Source: Felis catus
Taxonomy: Eukaryota
Assembly: GCF_018350175.1 (NCBI RefSeq)
Contig: NC_058373.1
Coordinates: 118,360,001-118,424,000, forward strand
DNA: 64,000 nucleotides
Reading direction: 5' to 3'
The notes below the pieces were generated by a model. The model was not told the DNA's origin. It searched no databases and saw nothing but the letters and a program-made list of their open reading frames with translations. Position 1 is the first letter of the stretch. Every line of letters starts with the position of its first letter. The translations under genes were made by a program, and so were the position numbers. This document shows positions 62,661-64,000 of this stretch, in pieces.

Positions 62661-63030
62661 ACATAATTACTGCTATGTTACAGTGATAGGGTAACTCCAA
62701 ACAAAATACAGGTACACCAAATACAAAGAGGAGATTCTCAATTTACCCCAGAGAACAGGACTTTATTCTAATGATGTAAAATGACCACTCCAAGTTACCA
62801 GAGAAACTATAAAATCCACACACTGGTGTAGAAGCAAAATCTCCTCTAATTTGTAACAAATAATTCCCCTAATTACAAGTCAAATGCCTGAGAGGTAAAA
62901 GACTGAATCTGTGAAATATAAAATACTATGTAGACACAAAGAAAGAGACGAACAGAATAGACACTGTTGTTTGCTGACAACTCGCACAAATTCCATTCCG
63001 TACATATCCTTTCTAAGACTGGTAGTATTC

Positions 63031-63208
63031 AGGGGCACCTGGGTGGCTCAGTCCGTTGGGCGTCCGACTTCAGCTTAGGTCATGATCTCACAGCTTGTGA
63101 GCTGGAGCCCTGCACCAGGCTGTGCTCCTGTGCTGACAGCTCAGAGTCTGAGCCTGCTTTAGATTTTGTCTCCATCTCTCCCTGTCCCTCTCCGACTCAT
63201 GCTGTCTG

Positions 63209-63254
<46 letters not shown>

Positions 63255-63288
63255 AAATATAAATAAACATTTAAAAAAAAAAAAAAAA
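63031..63288 (+). mobile_element. CAN-SINE with (CTGT)n(CT)n
   Basis: TSD aagactg(g/a)tagtattca. Confidence 0.92.
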
Positions 63289-63839
63289 GACTGATAGTAT
63301 TCAAGGGGCCCAAAACGTGAATAGCTGTATCGACAAGGAGTGATTCCTAGCTATGGTAGGAAGAAATTTCTGTAAGAAAAAGACAAAGAGGCATGTCATC
63401 AAAGCAGGGTATTAGTATATTACTACTAAGGAATGATTATTTCATTTGTAACTAGTATTTTATGGGTCAAACAAGTTTAATTGTCACTATTGCTGCCTTT
63501 AGAATCTCAATAAAATAATTTTACAATAAATAAACACATTTCTATTAATACCTGCATTTACCAATAAATCATCTGTAACATTATCTATTTGTGATAAAGT
63601 TAGTTGTTTCTTTGAAGGGGGAAGTTTTAGTAATACAATATAAAAACCTGTTTTTAAAGGAATGATAGGAATAATATTTTACAAAAGCCCTATAGGATAA
63701 TTTTGTTAAACAGCTCATCAATAATATTATCAAGGTGAGTTTTTATGAATGTCACCAGTCTAATAGCAAGAATTCTACTAAGTATTAAAATAACTTATTA
63801 CATAAAAATAATTATTAAAATGATTGTTCATTGTAGCTC

Positions 63840-64000
63840 AAAGATTTATTTTTTTTAATGTTTATGCATTTATTTTGAGAGAGAAAAAGAGAATGGGTGG
63901 AGGAGGGGCAGAGAGAGACTGGGACAGAGGATCCGAAGCAAGCTCTATGTTGACAGCAGAGAGCCTGATGTGGGTGGGGCTCAAACTCAGGAACTGTGAG
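63840..64000 (-). mobile_element. CAN-SINE, cut by window edge
   Basis: SINE tail and body. Confidence 0.88.

Overview
Mammalian genomic DNA from a carnivore, almost certainly a felid, judged by dozens of CAN-SINEs with SINEC_Fc-type diagnostic sequence and young L1_Fc-like LINEs. The window lies inside NUMB on the minus strand. The only recognisable protein-coding exon is the start-codon exon (22637-22777; CDS 22637-22762, [42 protein letters not shown]), which is too short to appear in the supplied ORF track. The rest is intron: about 55-60 CAN-SINEs, several carnivore L1s, older L1M/L2/MIR relics, hAT and Tigger DNA transposon fossils, and a MER21-like LTR. Nearly all listed ORFs are SINE or L1 artefacts. 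I found no evidence for a new multi-gene system. The best-supported observations are retrotransposition mechanics readable from target-site duplications: one site hit four times, a nested stack inside MER63, a twin-primed L1 with a 3' transduction, and an apparent endonuclease-independent L1 capture. More speculative RNA-level candidates are an orphan C/D-box snoRNA-like element, an AG|GTAAGA recursive-splice-like site, candidate 5'UTR exons with uORFs, and a stop-free 141-nt start exon. Repeat subfamily names come from memory of consensus sequences, and repeat boundaries are approximate unless TSDs are quoted.
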